In this document: positions 1-13,068 of the stretch, piece by piece
Numbering within the stretch: position 1 is the first letter of the stretch
Layout of the letters: the number at the start of each line of letters is the position of its first letter
NCBI GenBank assembly: GCA_965178125.1
Contig: OZ237752.1
Location: 868,001 to 932,000 of the forward strand
Source: Bilabrum cf. latius
Taxonomy: Eukaryota
Direction: 5' to 3'
Length of the DNA stretch: 64,000 nt
The notes under the pieces: model-generated
Database searches by the model: none
Seen by the model: only the letters and a program-made list of their open reading frames with translations
What the model was told of the DNA's origin: nothing
Program-made: the position numbers and the translations under genes

Positions 1-916
1 GAAGCACGTCGCGAGCGGGCACAGCTTCACATTCTCCCCGGTGGGGGCCTTGAGACAATGGCACAGCCGCCAGGTACAGACATTATAGACGGATGACAAC
101 CCCGTATCGGCCACGAACTGTGACCCGTCCTTCGTGTCTGAGTACTCGGGGGAGCTTGCTTGCAGCTCCATGGCAGGCAGCTCATCTGCAGCCGAATCTG
201 GGGACGCTGGCACCACATACTCATGGCCATCACTAGCCAGTGATGTCAGCATCAGATTGAACAGGTCACCTGAAGCCTCGCTGCCGATGGACCGCCTCCG
301 CCGGCAGGGTGACATTCTGTTCGCTTGCGAAGTGGTGCTCTTCGACGACGACCTGCACGACATGGGCATCAGCAAGGCCGTGGTGAAGCTTCGAGTCATG
401 AAAGACTGTTTCCTGCTCCTCTACAGGCATTTCTATTACAATGCGCTAGACGCAACCGACAAGCTCCGCCTTCGCGATGTGCGCCTGGCCGCCTGCCTTG
501 ACGAAGCACCGAGCAAGTGCTCGTGCGAGTTGGTCGCAGATATCTAGCTCCGCACAGGTGCAGCCATCGAGGTAGCCAGAAAGACTCCCGGACTCGGAGC
601 CGGAGCCGCTCCCTGGGCCTCGGCCTCGGCTAGGCCTGTGCCTGGCGGCGCTTCGGCTGCTGCGACCGGCGGCAGCAGGGCAGGCGCCCCTGCAGCGGCG
701 GTCGCCGGCAGCGCTGTGTCTCGGCCTGCGACTAGTGGCGCGGACTCGGGGGCGGGCGTGGCTGAATCAGCGCTGCGGCGCGTTGCACCAGCCCCTGATT
801 CGATTAGCGCCCCAGGGTCGGATGCTGCGAGGGCCCTGCGGGTGACCGAGCAAGAGGTGTTTGCTGCCCTCGAGCCGACCGAGCACATTGTGGCTGCACT
901 TCCACTGAAATCGTGA
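1..916 (+). CDS. TIP41: TIP41/TIPRL-like PP2A regulator, 5'-truncated by the window edge; in-frame TAG at 86-88 and 545-547 read as Gln
   Basis: Frame from nt 2 gives H..SGHSFTFSPVGALRQW...DPSFVSEYSGEL and ILFACEVVLFDDDLHDMGISKAVVKLRVMKDCFLLLYRHF...LRLRDVR, which matches the TIP41 core (ILFYDEVVLFEDELADNG..LSVKIRVM). ORFs 134..547 and 638..916 share a frame and end at TGA 914-916. Confidence 0.85.
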
Positions 917-1095
917 TTGCGTTGCTGCAGCAAGACCGTTGAACAGATAGATCTATTCGAATCTACACCGTGGGCATTTGTTCTCATTCTCATTTCATCG
1001 AGAACGAGGTTAAATGACCGCACAGTTTATTCGTTTCGACGTATTCACAGTTCAACGCAGGCTGTCTCACGCAGCTATAGTATTTTGACTCCGAT

Positions 1096-2490
1096 ATGAG
1101 CGGCATTTGGACCAAAGAGACAGTAGCAGAGAGAATCGGAGCGAATGCATCGGATGCCTTGCTGCTACCGCCAAAGGGAATGGGGACCACGCACGAGCAC
1201 AGCTCCATTGTTGAGGATGCGAATGTTACTCTGTACCATGCTTCTGCATAGGCACTTCGTAGCTGTAAATGGATGGAATCGAATGGGATTGTTGCGATCG
1301 TGAACGCTGCTGGTTTCGAGCTTCGAAAGTTTCCGCGAGAGGCCCTAAAGGCATCCGGTATTCACTTGCACGATATCGACATGGATGACTCTGAGAAGTG
1401 GGTCGGTAGCAACGATGCGGTGGAGTTCCTGGCGGCGGCAGCAGCGCATACGCAGGCAGGGCTGGAGCGAGCGATGTGGCTCGTTCTCGAGGCCTCAAAA
1501 CCGGGCAGCGCCGGGACAAAAGGGCGACCAGCCCATGCGAGCAGTACGATAGAAGATACACCTTACTCTGGGAACGCAGGCCCCTCCGCGGAGCCACCGC
1601 TGCCGAAAGCCGGCGTGCTAGTGAACTGCGCGATGGGCCGCAGCCGCAGCTCCTCGGTCGTCCTCTGGTGGATCCTGACTTACGCACAGCCAGACTGGAC
1701 GCTCCTGGACGCGCTGTGCTTCCTGCGAAGCAGACGCACGTGGGCCTACCCCAGGCTGTGCTTCCTCAAGATTCTGTACCGCCTGTCGCTCGTGCCCGGC
1801 AGGCTCCGCGCCTCGGTCGCTCGCGGCGGGGACCTGGACGAGCTGACAGTGCATCCAGTGGGCCATTCTATGGATGACACGGCGGCATCGGGCCATTCTA
1901 TGGATGACACGGCGGTATCTGGCCATTCTATCGATGACACGGCGGCATCGGGCGGGGCTGCGGCTGCCACGGATACGGTAGCTGTGGTGAAGGCGGGGTA
2001 GGTGGCTGCCGCAAGACCGGTTGCTGCAACCGCCGAGACACAGAGGATAGCAAGTGGCCCAGTCGAGTCGGCTGCTTCAAAGATAGCAGCAGCGTCAGCT
2101 GGGCCTACGATTGAATCAGCTTCGGGAGTTTCCGCTGCTGTAGAGGATGAATCATCCAAGGGAGGGATGGGCAAGGATGCAAGGGAGCTCGATTCCGAGC
2201 TCGATTCCGAGCTCGATTCCGAAGCAGTTGCTCGAGCCTTTGCTCGCTTCTGCGCCTCCATGGTGAACCCGCGGGAGGACGAGCACGCAGGAAAGTCGCT
2301 CCCGGGAGGCGTGGAGGACCTAGAGTGGCTCCATTCTGCGGGCAAGCATTATCTGCACAAGGCGGGCGCCGCCGTGGCGACTCTGATTGCAATCCAGCCT
2401 TTGCTTTCCATCGAGGACGCCAAGGCCCTCCTCACGAAGCACAGGGGGAATGCCGAGCTAGCTGCCAACGAGGCTTTGGCGCTGAGATGA
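1096..2490 (+). CDS. Dual-specificity protein phosphatase with C-terminal UBA/CUE-like segment (~464 aa; TAG at 1249 and 1999 read through)
   Basis: ATG 1096 is in frame with ORFs 1273..2001 and 2002..2490. DSP motifs GIVAIVNAA, DIDMDDS, VLVNCAMGRSRSSSVV and ALCFLRSRR..AYP are present. The tail LSIEDAKALLTKHRGNAELAANEAL is UBA-like. Ends TGA. Confidence 0.8.
1861..1950 (+). repeat. Coding 30-bp tandem repeat x3 (GHSMDDTAAS)
   Basis: ggccattctatggatgacacggcggcatcg-type unit at 1861, 1891 and 1921. Confidence 0.9.
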
Positions 2491-2833
2491 CCGACGCGCG
2501 GTTTGGCGCGTATTCTGTTGTTTGATGTAGTGCTGCCGACGCCCAAGGTCCAGGTCAATTCGTTAGCCGAACCTTACCTTACTAAACACGAAACCGAATT
2601 ACCTGCGGATTCTGAAGAAACGACGTCTATACCTCCATCCCTTGGAAGTTTTCTTTGATTCCTTTTGCCATGCAAGCTGATATTAGTACAAAAATTGCGC
2701 TATGCCGAGAAGATATCGTAAGTCCGGGCTTGAAGTGTTTCGGGGATCCGTCGCATTCAACGGCACTCCTACCACTGCTGTTTCACGCCCTCTCTAGCCG
2801 CAGAGTCGGGTGCGTCGAGCTGTTTAGCAGTAC

Positions 2834-3663
2834 ATGAGTGTTCTTCGCGATGCCGAGGAGGCTGCTTCGAAATCTGCCGCTGATGTAGACAGGGTAAGGG
2901 CACCTTGGTACTATTGAGCTCGACCGAGCTCGAGGCCGCTTGCTGCACTTTTACGTTCCAAAGGCATCACATATTTTTTTCGTAGATAATTGGAGAGAAA
3001 GAGGTGGTAAAGAAGAATTATATGCGAGCGAAAGAGAGTTTTCGAACAAATATTGGGTTCGTCCCGGGGACAGAGGCCGGACCGCTCAAGTCCCAGTTTG
3101 ATTAGCTCAAGGGAAGGTACACCGAGCTGAGAGACCAGTTCAAGGCAACTGGCATCGAGGAGAAACAGACACGGGAATCGCTGCTCGCAGGAGCAAACCG
3201 AGCTGGAGCCGCGGACGCCGAGTTCGGTGGCGGGGCCGCTGGGGCCGCCGGGGGCAGCAAGAACATGGCCGGCCTCAGGCGCGCAAAGGACACGGAGATG
3301 TAGAACGAGCGCGACTTAGAGCAAGGCCTCCGTACGATGCGGGAAGCGAACGAGACGCAGCGCGCCACGAACGAAAAGCTGGAGGAGCAGACCACCAAGC
3401 TGCGCGAGGTGGACGACACGCTCGAGAGCATGGACCAGGAGCTCAACAGGGCCAGCGCGCTGCTCTTCGACTTTATCCGGAGGATGTACACGGACAAGAT
3501 CATCATTGCGTTCACGTGCCTCATCTTCCTGGGCATCCTCGGGATCGTCATATACTCGTCGGTGTCCAAGAACGACCCCTTCAACGTCCCGGATGAGGCC
3601 AAGCCGCCGGAGGACGTCGTAAACTCAGCGACAGGGGTTGTAGATGATTCGCAGGGCTCATGA
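2834..3663 (+). CDS. Qb-type SNARE (Vti1/NPSN-like); exons ~2834-2893 and 2986-3663; TAG at 3103 and 3301 read through
   Basis: ATG 2834, donor GTAAGG at 2894, acceptor TTTTTTCGTAG ending 2985. SNARE heptads (ATNEKLEEQTTKLREVDDTLESMDQELNRASALL), RRMYTDKII, then a C-terminal TM helix. Ends TGA. Confidence 0.8.
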
Positions 3664-3961
3664 TGCACGAGTGCTCGGTTGGTGCTCGTCCCAATGCGCT
3701 TTGGGGGGGCGAGCACTTCCGCGCGGTGTGCCTCGCTGGCGCTGGTGGTGGCCGTCTGTCTTTGTTGTTGTGCTTTGTGTGATTGTACCGGGCCATGGCT
3801 GGCATCCAGGCGACTGGAAGCCGCTAATGTGGTACCGAGAATTAAATAACACGGAATCCCTGCTGACTTCTGTCCACAACTCGAAACCACCCCTAGACTA
3901 CTACTCTGCACCGCAACAAAATGCAGAAACATGATGACATACATGTATTTCGTTTAATCAA

Positions 3962-4444
3962 TCAATCTTTTGGCTCAGGAAACACGTTCTCGCGGATTAA
4001 TGTGAGGAGCTCAGGGGGATTCGCACCGCTGAGCTTCCCAATGATAACCTTGTGTTTGATCACTGCAAACGCCGGTTTGCAGCCGTCTTGAGTAGGGAAC
4101 TATTCCTTCTGCACGTCAGAGAGCAAGCTGTCGTCCATGGTCAAGAATTTAACGCGCTTCTCCCACTTCTCAAGCTCCAAGGTTAGCATTTCTAAAGTAG
4201 GCCCCATCACGACGCATGGCCCACACCAATCCTTGTGCAGGTCCAATACTGCTTGGATTAGGCCGGAATAGGGAGAAAGGACGTAAAATCAGCGTGAGAC
4301 GGTAAATCCAAACATGCGCGTCCGGTTCAAGCTCGCCAATCTCTTACCTACCAATATATTATCGCTTTTCTCCACCCATTCGTCAAGATCATCCGCTGAT
4401 GCAACAGGAAACTGGATCTACTGCTTCCCTCTTCGTCTAGCCAT
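3962..4444 (-). CDS. Thioredoxin-like protein of the NME8/TXNDC3 or outer-arm dynein light chain type (127 aa); exons 4444-4348 and 4248-3962; TAG at 4418-4420 and 4100-4102 read through
   Basis: Manual translation: MARRRGKQ(Q)IQFPVASADDLDEWVEKSDNILVVLDLHKDWCGPCVVMGPTL...KE(Q)FPTQDGCKPAFAVIKHKVIIGKLSGANPPELLTLIRENVFPEPKD-TGA. WCGPC active site; GTAAG...CAG intron 4347-4249. Confidence 0.85.
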
Positions 4445-4803
4445 GATACAATAGAGCTGCAATGCTTGTATTGCCGTTGACGATCCGAGTTCATGCCAAA
4501 TGACACGTTATCACTATATTGTTGACGAGCTCCCCGCAAAAGTGACGCTTGGCGAAGCAATCCAAATAAAATCTTTCTTTTATTTCTTTTTATATCAGCC
4601 AGCTGGTTCGAAATCTTGCGTCGCTGTTGCCGTTGCCATTTTGGTAGTTGCACATAATTGGAATTTGGTTGCCTTTCGCAAGAAAACTGGTTGTACCAAG
4701 TGCGTACTGTGTGAGGGGGGCGTACAAAATAAGCTGCCTGTATCCAAATTGCTGACAGGTGGGTCAATTCGGGTCTGTGTTGCAATCGGAGGCGCTACCA
4801 AGG

Positions 4804-7800
4804 ATGGACTTTGAGCAACGTTCCCGGTTTAAAACAAGCCCATCAGGCGATCGTTCAGCGGATGAAATGCCAGACAATGTGAACCATGGCCACCTTTTGA
4901 GCGGAATTAGTGGCCACTCGGCTGCCGCGCCAGCCCGGCCTGTGGAGCGAACCTCCGTGCGGGCTGCTTCATCTTTGATGCAAACACGGCATGGCGTCGG
5001 CATAGCCGTAGGCTCTGTTTTTGATGTCGATGGGGATCGTCGCGCATCACCCTCCCATCCGCGGTTGCCAACAGCGCCGGCTGCATCGGCCCGGGAGGGG
5101 GCGTTGCGAGAAGCTCCGGCAACCGGCCCGCACCTGCCAAGCAGCGCGGGAGCGCAGTTGCACCCAGATGACGCGGAATCTGCCGGCAGATCACCTCACA
5201 CCCAATCGTACGTGCGCGTTTCCGGTTCTCGGGCCGGGGACGCGACCGGTCGCACAGTGCGGGGGCGGCGAGGCCGCGCATGGGGGCCTGGGTCGGACGC
5301 CGGCAGCAGCAGGACCACGACAGCACCTTGCATTGGCAGTGGCAGTGGCAACAGCAGTAGTATTCGGAACGGATTGGGCCCATCGCGGCTCCCTGTCGCT
5401 TCTGCGGGAGATGGGGGGGCCATATCGGATGCAGATGCAGGCAGCACCAGCGGAGGCGGCAGCCCAACGCGGGTGTCAACAGGTCGAAAACGGGCGGGTC
5501 AGCCCGTCCACGCACTTGGAACAGCTGCGCCTGCTGGGGATGGGGAGGGGGGCCAGTCCACCGGCAGGAGTGGCAGCACGCAGCGGTCGGGGCCGGGCCA
5601 GCGCAGCTCTGTCGGTGCTGCGCTGTTGGGAGGTAGAGGTAGAGGTAGAGGTGCCGGGCAGGGGGCTGGCACGGGGCCTGGCACGGGGCCTGGGCCTGGG
5701 CGGGGCCCCTCGGCGTCTCGGAGGAGGCCGGCGGCGAGGGACGGCAGTGTGACGAGTGATAAGTCTCGGGGGTCTGTCGGGCGGCAAGGGGCGCAGGGGC
5801 GGAAGCGGAACGGGAGGCAGGGCAGGGCCAGGGAACAGCGGTCCCAGAGAGGGGCTGCCGCCGGTCAGGGCAGGAGCAGGGCACACGGAGGCGCCAGGGG
5901 CGCGGGCCCGTCCTCCTCCTCCTCGTCATCGCGGCAGAGTAGCGCCCGCGTGCGACTCAAGTGCTACTGCAGGGGTGTCATCAGGGTGGTCACGGTGGGC
6001 TCTTCCTCATCCTTCAGGGGTCTCTTGGGCCGCCTGGCTCAGGACTTCGGTTTGCAGGCGGTCCCACAGCTGAGGTACGAGGACGAGGACGGCGACCTCA
6101 TCGTGCTGTCCTGCCAGAACGACCTCAACGAGATCGTTCACCACTTCGCGGGGGGTACCGCCAAAGTGCACCTTACCCCCAACCCTGAGGAACAGCAGGC
6201 GGTGGCCCACAGCGCCCTGGAATTGCCCACGCCGGGGGCATCGACCAGAGGGGCTTTGGATCCGCTGCCTGCTGCCGGCAGCCAGCAGCAGCAGCAGCAG
6301 CAGTCGGGGGAGGGCAGGTCCGGTCATGCCGCTGCTGCAAACGGGAGCGCCGAATCGAAAGATGCCGCTACCGGAAGTGAAACTGCCTCGCCGCCCCTTG
6401 AGGTGGCGGGCAGTGGTAGAGCGGCGGGCACTGGCACGGTGGCAGCCGGTCTCTTTGTGCCTGGAATCGGCCCGAGGGACGGTGGAAGGGGGGTTGCCAA
6501 CGCAGCGATAGTCGTTGCAACCGCAGCTCCGTCATCGTCGGCCGCTGCCGAAATACCCGGGGGGTCTTCCGTGCATTTTGGAGCCGCGAGCCGCAGACGG
6601 GCCGGTTCACCGGACGTCACCCGGCCCGGTTTCAGCAGGGGATCTATGCTTCGGTCCAGGAATGACAGCAGGAGGAGCGGAAGGGCCGTGCGGACGATTC
6701 GGAGGTGGCAGCGGGGCGAGAAGCTGGGTCAGGGCGCTTTTGGCGAGGTGTACGTGGGGCTGGACAAAGACACGGGCGAGATCTTCGCCGCCAAGCAGAT
6801 CGACGAGGACGAAGTGGGCCCGTCGGAGCTCTCGTCCATGCAGCACGAGATCACCATGCTGCAGAGAATGGACCACGACAACATCGTGAGGTACCTGGGC
6901 ACCCAGAAGGAGGGCTCCACTCTCAGCATCTTCCTTGAGTACGTTCCCGGGGGCTCCATCCGCTAGCTGCTCAACCGCTTCGGGGCGCTAGACGAGGCTG
7001 TCATTCGCGTGTACACGAGGCAGCTGCTGCTGGGGCTCGAGTACCTGCATTCGGCTGGCATCGCGCACAGAGACATCAAGGCTGGGAATCTGCTGGTGAC
7101 GAACGACGGGACGGTCAAAGTCGCCGATTTCGGGGCCTCCAAGCGTATGCAGATGGCATCGATGAAGTCCGCTTCCCTGCTGGCATCGCCGCGCCCGGGA
7201 ACGGCCGGGAAACGCAAGAAGGGCGGTGGCGACGACTCGGAGCGATCTGGGGGGTCCATGCAGCAGGGGCCCATCGGGACAGCGCTCTTCATGGCACCAG
7301 AGGTCATCTAGCAGACGCAGAGCGGGAGGGGCTGGCGGCGGGCGGACGTGTGGTCTGTGGGCTGCACCGTCCTTGAGATGGCCACTGGTAGGCCTCCATG
7401 GTCGGAATACAGCAACCCAGTGACGGCCATGTATCACATTGCGTGCACCGATGCCGTCCCCGAGCCGCCCGAGTCGCTCTCCGCAGAGGGCAAGGACTTT
7501 CTGAGGCAGTGCTTGCAGCGCGACCCAGGCCGGCGCCCCGACGTCACAAAGCTGCTGCTGCACCCGTTCGTGTCGAAGATTCCGGACGCCTCACTGCGAG
7601 CCACATCGGCGACGCTCTTGCATGCATTTCCACAGAGACCGTCCACGGGGCACGGCAGGCCGGCCACGTCCCTCCGGGGCGATTCCAGCTGGCTGGGTGC
7701 CATGTCTCCGGCAATGGGCTCGAGGCTGGCAGGGGCGGACTCCGACGCGTTCGGGCTGGAGCAGTGGGCCCCGGTGCCTCCCGCCGGTCGGCTCGAGTGC

Positions 7801-10800
7801 AGCTCTCCGACGAGCGCGGCCGCGGGAGGAAGGGCCGCATCGAGAGGGGCCAGGGTGCGAGCAGGCAGCACTGGCAGCGGCAACGGCAGGAACACGAAAG
7901 ACGAGAACGAAAGGGGGTTCGACCACGCGGGTGAGCTTCCCTAGATCGTGTCGGGTGGGCCCGACCGTGCCGAGGTGGAGGGCGAGGGCATCGGCCTGGA
8001 GTCGGCGCCTGGTACTGCCTCTGCCTCCGACGCGACAAGCGCCTCCTCGTCGGCCAGGAGGTCCCCGGCAGCGGACTACATGCGCGTGCACGGCTCGCCC
8101 GATTCTTCCGTTCGGACTGTCCTAGCCCCCAGCAGCGCGGATGTGGAGGGTAGCCTCGCTGACAGCGAAGGCAGCGACTCAGCAGGGGGAGAGGGAGACG
8201 GAGCGGGCGCGATGCCGAGCAGTGGTCGGCGCGGGCGAGGTAAGAAGCGGCGCGGCAAGATGCCCTCACTATTCGAATCACTGGGCTTTCCCCTGCCTGA
8301 TGAAGAAGGTGCAGCTGGCCTGTCCTCGTCTGACGCCGGTGCGGCCCGCAAGGACCTGACGGCTGGAGGTTCGGAGGAGCAGAATGAAGACGGGCTGGCG
8401 TGGGCGCCGCCGCTCGATGGACCCACGGACGGGCTGGCGCAGGGCTCCCTGCCCAGCATCGTGGAGGATGACGACGAGAGCGGGGAGGGGCGGCGGGGCA
8501 TGCACCGGTTGGGTGGCGACGGTTCTGATAGCGATGCTGGTGAGGGTGATGGGATTAGCATGGCTTTCGCTGGGAACGGCGCTGTGGCTCGAATAGGCCG
8601 TGGTGACATTAACACAGGTGAGGATTCGTCCGATTTGTCCGCCTCTGGCGAGGCCATCCACCGCGGGATCATTCCTGGGCGTCCTGCCCTGGGGTCCCTG
8701 GGAGGCTCCATGGAGCTCATGTCATCGATGGAGGAGGGAAGCCAGGCGGAAGCGGAAGGGGAGTCGGTGGACGAGAGCGGTACGACCGGGCGCGATGATC
8801 CCCGTGATGACAGGCCCAGCCCGGTCGCCCGTCGAGGCTAGAAGTCTCCCAGGCCCAGAGGAGACGCGGACCGACTGGCAGTGCGCCGAAGGGAGAGGAC
8901 AGGTCCCGCCGACAGGCCCAAGACGACCATGACCCGCGGTGCCAAGTCGGTAGGGAGGGGCCTGCGCGCTGGCTCCAGGGAGCAGTCCCCGAGCGGCGGC
9001 AGGGCGGGGCGGCAGAAGCGCGTCAGAGGTGCCGGCGGCGCTCTACGCAGGCCTGCCGCCAGCAGGCCACGCGCGCTGAGTCCGGCGGCGAGGGAGGCTC
9101 AGCTGCGCAGAGCGGCATCGGCACAGGACCGGACCTCTTCGGGTGGTCGCGTTGCTGGGCTGCGTGCCGGTGGCGTGGGCAGGCAAACTGCCGGGAAGGC
9201 GTTCGCTGGCAGCCCGCCAAAATCCCGCCAGCGGCCAGGGCCCAAGCCAGGGGACGGTGCTAGCGCCGGAACGAAGGGGAGCGGCGGTGGCGGCCGGGGA
9301 AAGGGAAGGGCAGGGTCCCCGCTGGCCACTGCAACGCAAGCGAACGGTAGCAAGACGGTCGGCAGGGTCGCGACGAACGGCAATCGTGGCAAGAAGCAGG
9401 CGACGGCTCGCGCCATCCGTGCGCAGGGGGCGACCACCGGTCGCGGCGACAGGCCGGGGGCAGAAGGGTTCGTCGTGGAAGGGGGTGCAGGAGCGATGCA
9501 TGGGGGAGACGCCTTGGATGAAGAGGAGACTCGGGCTTAGATCACCAGTAGCAGCAGCAGCAGCCATGATAAACCAGGTGGGAAATGGACGAAAGAGCAT
9601 GGCTCAAAGCCGTTGGCTGCTGGTGCGACGGGAGTGCTCCCGGACGGCTCGCCACTCCAGAGGAGAGGTGGGGACGGGGGCCCTGTGGGAAACCCGCCCG
9701 CTGCTTCTCTGTCTCTGCAACCAGACAGTCGTGACGGCAGCAGCATGCTGGATGCATCGGAGTCCAAGCGTGGCGACCGGTCTTCCATGCACCGCTACCA
9801 AGCGCTGTCGCCCCGCAAGAGCCCCATCACCGCGGGCGAGGCCATCACGCCTCCTAGGAAGGAACCTGGCCTGTCCTCCTTTGCTGATTCGCACGCCGGT
9901 GGCAGCGGCAGCCTCCGGCTGCCCAAGCAGGAAGCCAGCCCGTTGCCTGGAAGCCGTCGGCTGGCACCCCTGCCCCTGCGTGACGACCCGCTCGACCGGA
10001 CAGGCGGGAGTCTGGCCATGAGCATCGCCACTGAGCTGTCCGGGGCTGGCGATACCGGTGCAGCTGCGAGCCCAGCCGATGGCGGCCAGGCGGTTGACCC
10101 CTTCGCCCAGGCCGATGCGAACGGACTAGACCGAGCGGGAATCGCGCAGCAGGGCGTCTCTGTCCGCCTAGGGACCGGCATCCTTGGGGGCACTGGCAGG
10201 ACCATCGGCACGGTGCTGTCCGTTGACGATGATCGAGACGCCGACGAGCTCGCCAACGTGACGCCGGGTGGCTCCATCGTGCTTGGCAGGGAGCAGAGCG
10301 GCGGCGGTTCATCCTCCTCCTCCGCGGATGGGCCCGCACTCGAGGTGGCGTCAGACAAGGGCAGTGGGTCAGACGATGAAGATGAGTACGAAGATGATTT
10401 CAGCGACGGGTCTGACAGCGTGCTGTCGTACGGCGCCACTCCCGAGGCATCTGCTGCTCGAGAAATTGCGGCTGGTAGCAGGGGCTCTGCAGGCAGTTTG
10501 CTCGCGCACGAGGAGGAGGAATGGGAATCGCGCTGTAGTGGGCGTGGACTAGAAGGTGCAGAGGATGGTCCAGTCAGCGGCAGGAGCCCTCATCCCGGTG
10601 CTCCACAACACAACGGACGACGGACAGGAGGAGACGAGGGCGCAGTCAACGATGCTAGAAGTCCGCGGCATCGTGTGCAAGAACCATAGGATAGCTGGCT
10701 CCGGTGGGTAAACCACGAGGCCCAGCGCATCGCAGCTGCGGGCTCGGGCAGCCTCGACCACGTGAGCTGCCTGGAGCACGGGCACTCAGCCACGATCACG

Positions 10801-12942
10801 TCTGTCAGCTGCGGACCGAGGTTCGCTGCAACTGGTTCCATGGATGGCCTGGCGATCGTGTGGCCTGGACCTAGGAGCAGCGAGGGGAGGCCTGGCAGTG
10901 CGATGCACCTAGGATAGGGTGGTGTGCAGCACCGCGATGGATCCGAACCCCTCGGTGGGTCGCAATCCATGCAGCCGCTTGCGCGCCTTGCCCACAGACG
11001 CGAGCAGCCCCAGTCGTCATCTGCCACTTCGCCAGGCGGACCTTCGCGACCGGTCCGAAGTGGCCAGGCCGAGAAAAGCAGCCGTAGTGCCGCCCCGATT
11101 GCCGTGACCTCTGTGCACGTGTCGAGATCCGCAGTGGAGGGCAAGTTGGCTCTGCTCACCGGCGACGAAGACGGCGTGGTGCGCGTGTGGGAGGCAACTC
11201 CAGGTGATCTGGCGTCCGGTAGAAAACCAGCGTCCCCGGCTGGTGCTTCACGCAGTGCCAAAGGGCGCGATGTAGATGAGGCAGATGGTTCAGGCCCGTT
11301 CGAGCTGCAGCAGGTCATGCAAGGGCACAAAGGAGCCATTCGATGCTTGGCTTCCGCGGTTCGCACCACAGCACGGAGACTCTCGACACTCGGTGGGGCG
11401 GGCGCCGCTGACGCCACTGAGGGTTTGAACCCTACCCCGCCATCACTGCAGCCGCAAAAGCAGCAAGTGCTTGTAGTTGTGTCTGGATCCACGGACCAGA
11501 CCATCAAGGTGTGGGAACCGATGCGACGGAGACCCCTCGTTCGCACGCTACGGGGCCACCGCGGGGCAGTGGCTGCGCTCGCTATGACTCCAGAAGGAAT
11601 GCTCTTGTCATCGGCAGCGGACAGAACCGTGCGGTGCTGGTCACTCAGCAGCGGGAGGCAGGTGATGGTGCTGGCTGACCACCTGGCGGCCGTGACCTGC
11701 ATCGCTGTCGCACCGGACTGGCTGAGGCGGGCGCAGGCAGTGCGACTGCTAGCATCGCACAAGGCAGACGCGCAGAGCGGGTCGGGCACACAGGCTGCCA
11801 TCCCTGCAGCGCAGTCCGGCGGGAGCGGTGCTGCCGTTGCAGGCGCTGGAAATGTTGGGACCGGTGCAGCTGCCACGGTGTCGCCAGGTAGAGTTGGGTA
11901 GACTAGGCCGGCGGTGGCGGTGAGCGCAAGCGCGGGAAGCGCTGCTGCGGTGGCAGGTCGTCCTCCGAGGCACGGGGACGGCGCTGCTCTTCGTGAGATG
12001 CTGAGCTCCGCAGCTGGCAGCAACCAGGGCTCTATATCGCACGGTGGTGCGCACGGGGCTCCTGCAGCTGCCAGCGGTGTGGCTGCCGGCTCCATTGTGC
12101 AGCAGCAGGTTGCTGCAGCGCACGAGAGGACGAAGGGCAAGGAGCGCGCAGTGGCAAAAGTGGCCCTGAGCGAAGCAGTCGCAAAAGTGGCAAGGGTCAA
12201 GAGGGTGGGTGAAGCGGTCCCAAGCACTCTCAGAGGGGAACTGCCGCTGGTGGTGTCTGGCTCCCGTGATGGATTCGTCCGCGTATGGTCCGAGGCAGGA
12301 ACGCTCATGCAGCAGCTCAAGGCTCACAGAGGCACAGTGCAGCACGTTGGATTTGCGCCTTTGCACGAAGCAGTGCATGCGATGCACCGGAAGAGCATGC
12401 GGGCCTCCCATGCCGCGCTCCATGCTGACCTGGCAGCCCGGGGCGGGGATACGAATGGCGCTCTCCGATTGTACGGCGCGACCGGGATAGCGCTTGCGGT
12501 TTTGGATGCCCTGCCCAAGCCGATGCAGCGCCTGTGCGACTGTGTCGTGTCGAGCGGGACTGACGGTGTCATCCGGCTGCATGACGCGCTGGTGGGGAAA
12601 CCTGTCGCTGCCCTGCAACCGGCCTCGCACCGGTCACCGGTTACCAGCCTGGCTTGGACGCACCTGGGTACTGCGGCAGCTGGGCATGCCGACGGGACAG
12701 TGAGGATGTGGGACATGGGGGGCAAAGAGGAGCGGGGTTCTTTTCCTGCCGGCGTGGGGCAGCCCGCGGGTGCCAACGCAACGAGCAACACCAAGGCTGG
12801 CGGGACTGGCGCTACCTCTGTCGGCGTGACCAGGATGACTACCTGCGGCGGAGCGCTCGTGTGTGGCACGAGGTCTGGTCAAGCGTGGATGCTGCATGCG
12901 AGCGGGGCGGGCGGAGCTCGGCCTCCCTCAATGCTGGGTTGA
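4804..12942 (+). CDS. Giant STE11/MEKK-type MAP3K with PB1 domain and C-terminal WD40 repeats (~2712 aa, 8 in-frame TAG)
   Basis: Eight ORF-track fragments share one frame, separated only by TAG (6964, 7309, 7942, 8839, 9538, 10687, 10915, 11899). PB1: [14 protein letters not shown]...[13 protein letters not shown]. Kinase: [69 protein letters not shown]40: [63 protein letters not shown]. Ends TGA. Confidence 0.88.
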
Positions 12943-13068
12943 TCCGGATCTGATCCGGATCCAATGAATGAATCCTGCAAAGTCAGTGAACACATCATAA
13001 GCTTGTCATAGCAACAAATACAAGACCAAGCTAATACACTACTCCCGAACGAAGCCTAGGGCCCTTGT

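Noticed and set aside
10590-12320. Long antisense ORFs (this one, and also 46236..47447, 49278..51047, 60719..62353)
   Set aside because: Shadow ORFs opposite GC-rich genes; they have no recognisable motifs, and the opposite strand carries the supported gene.
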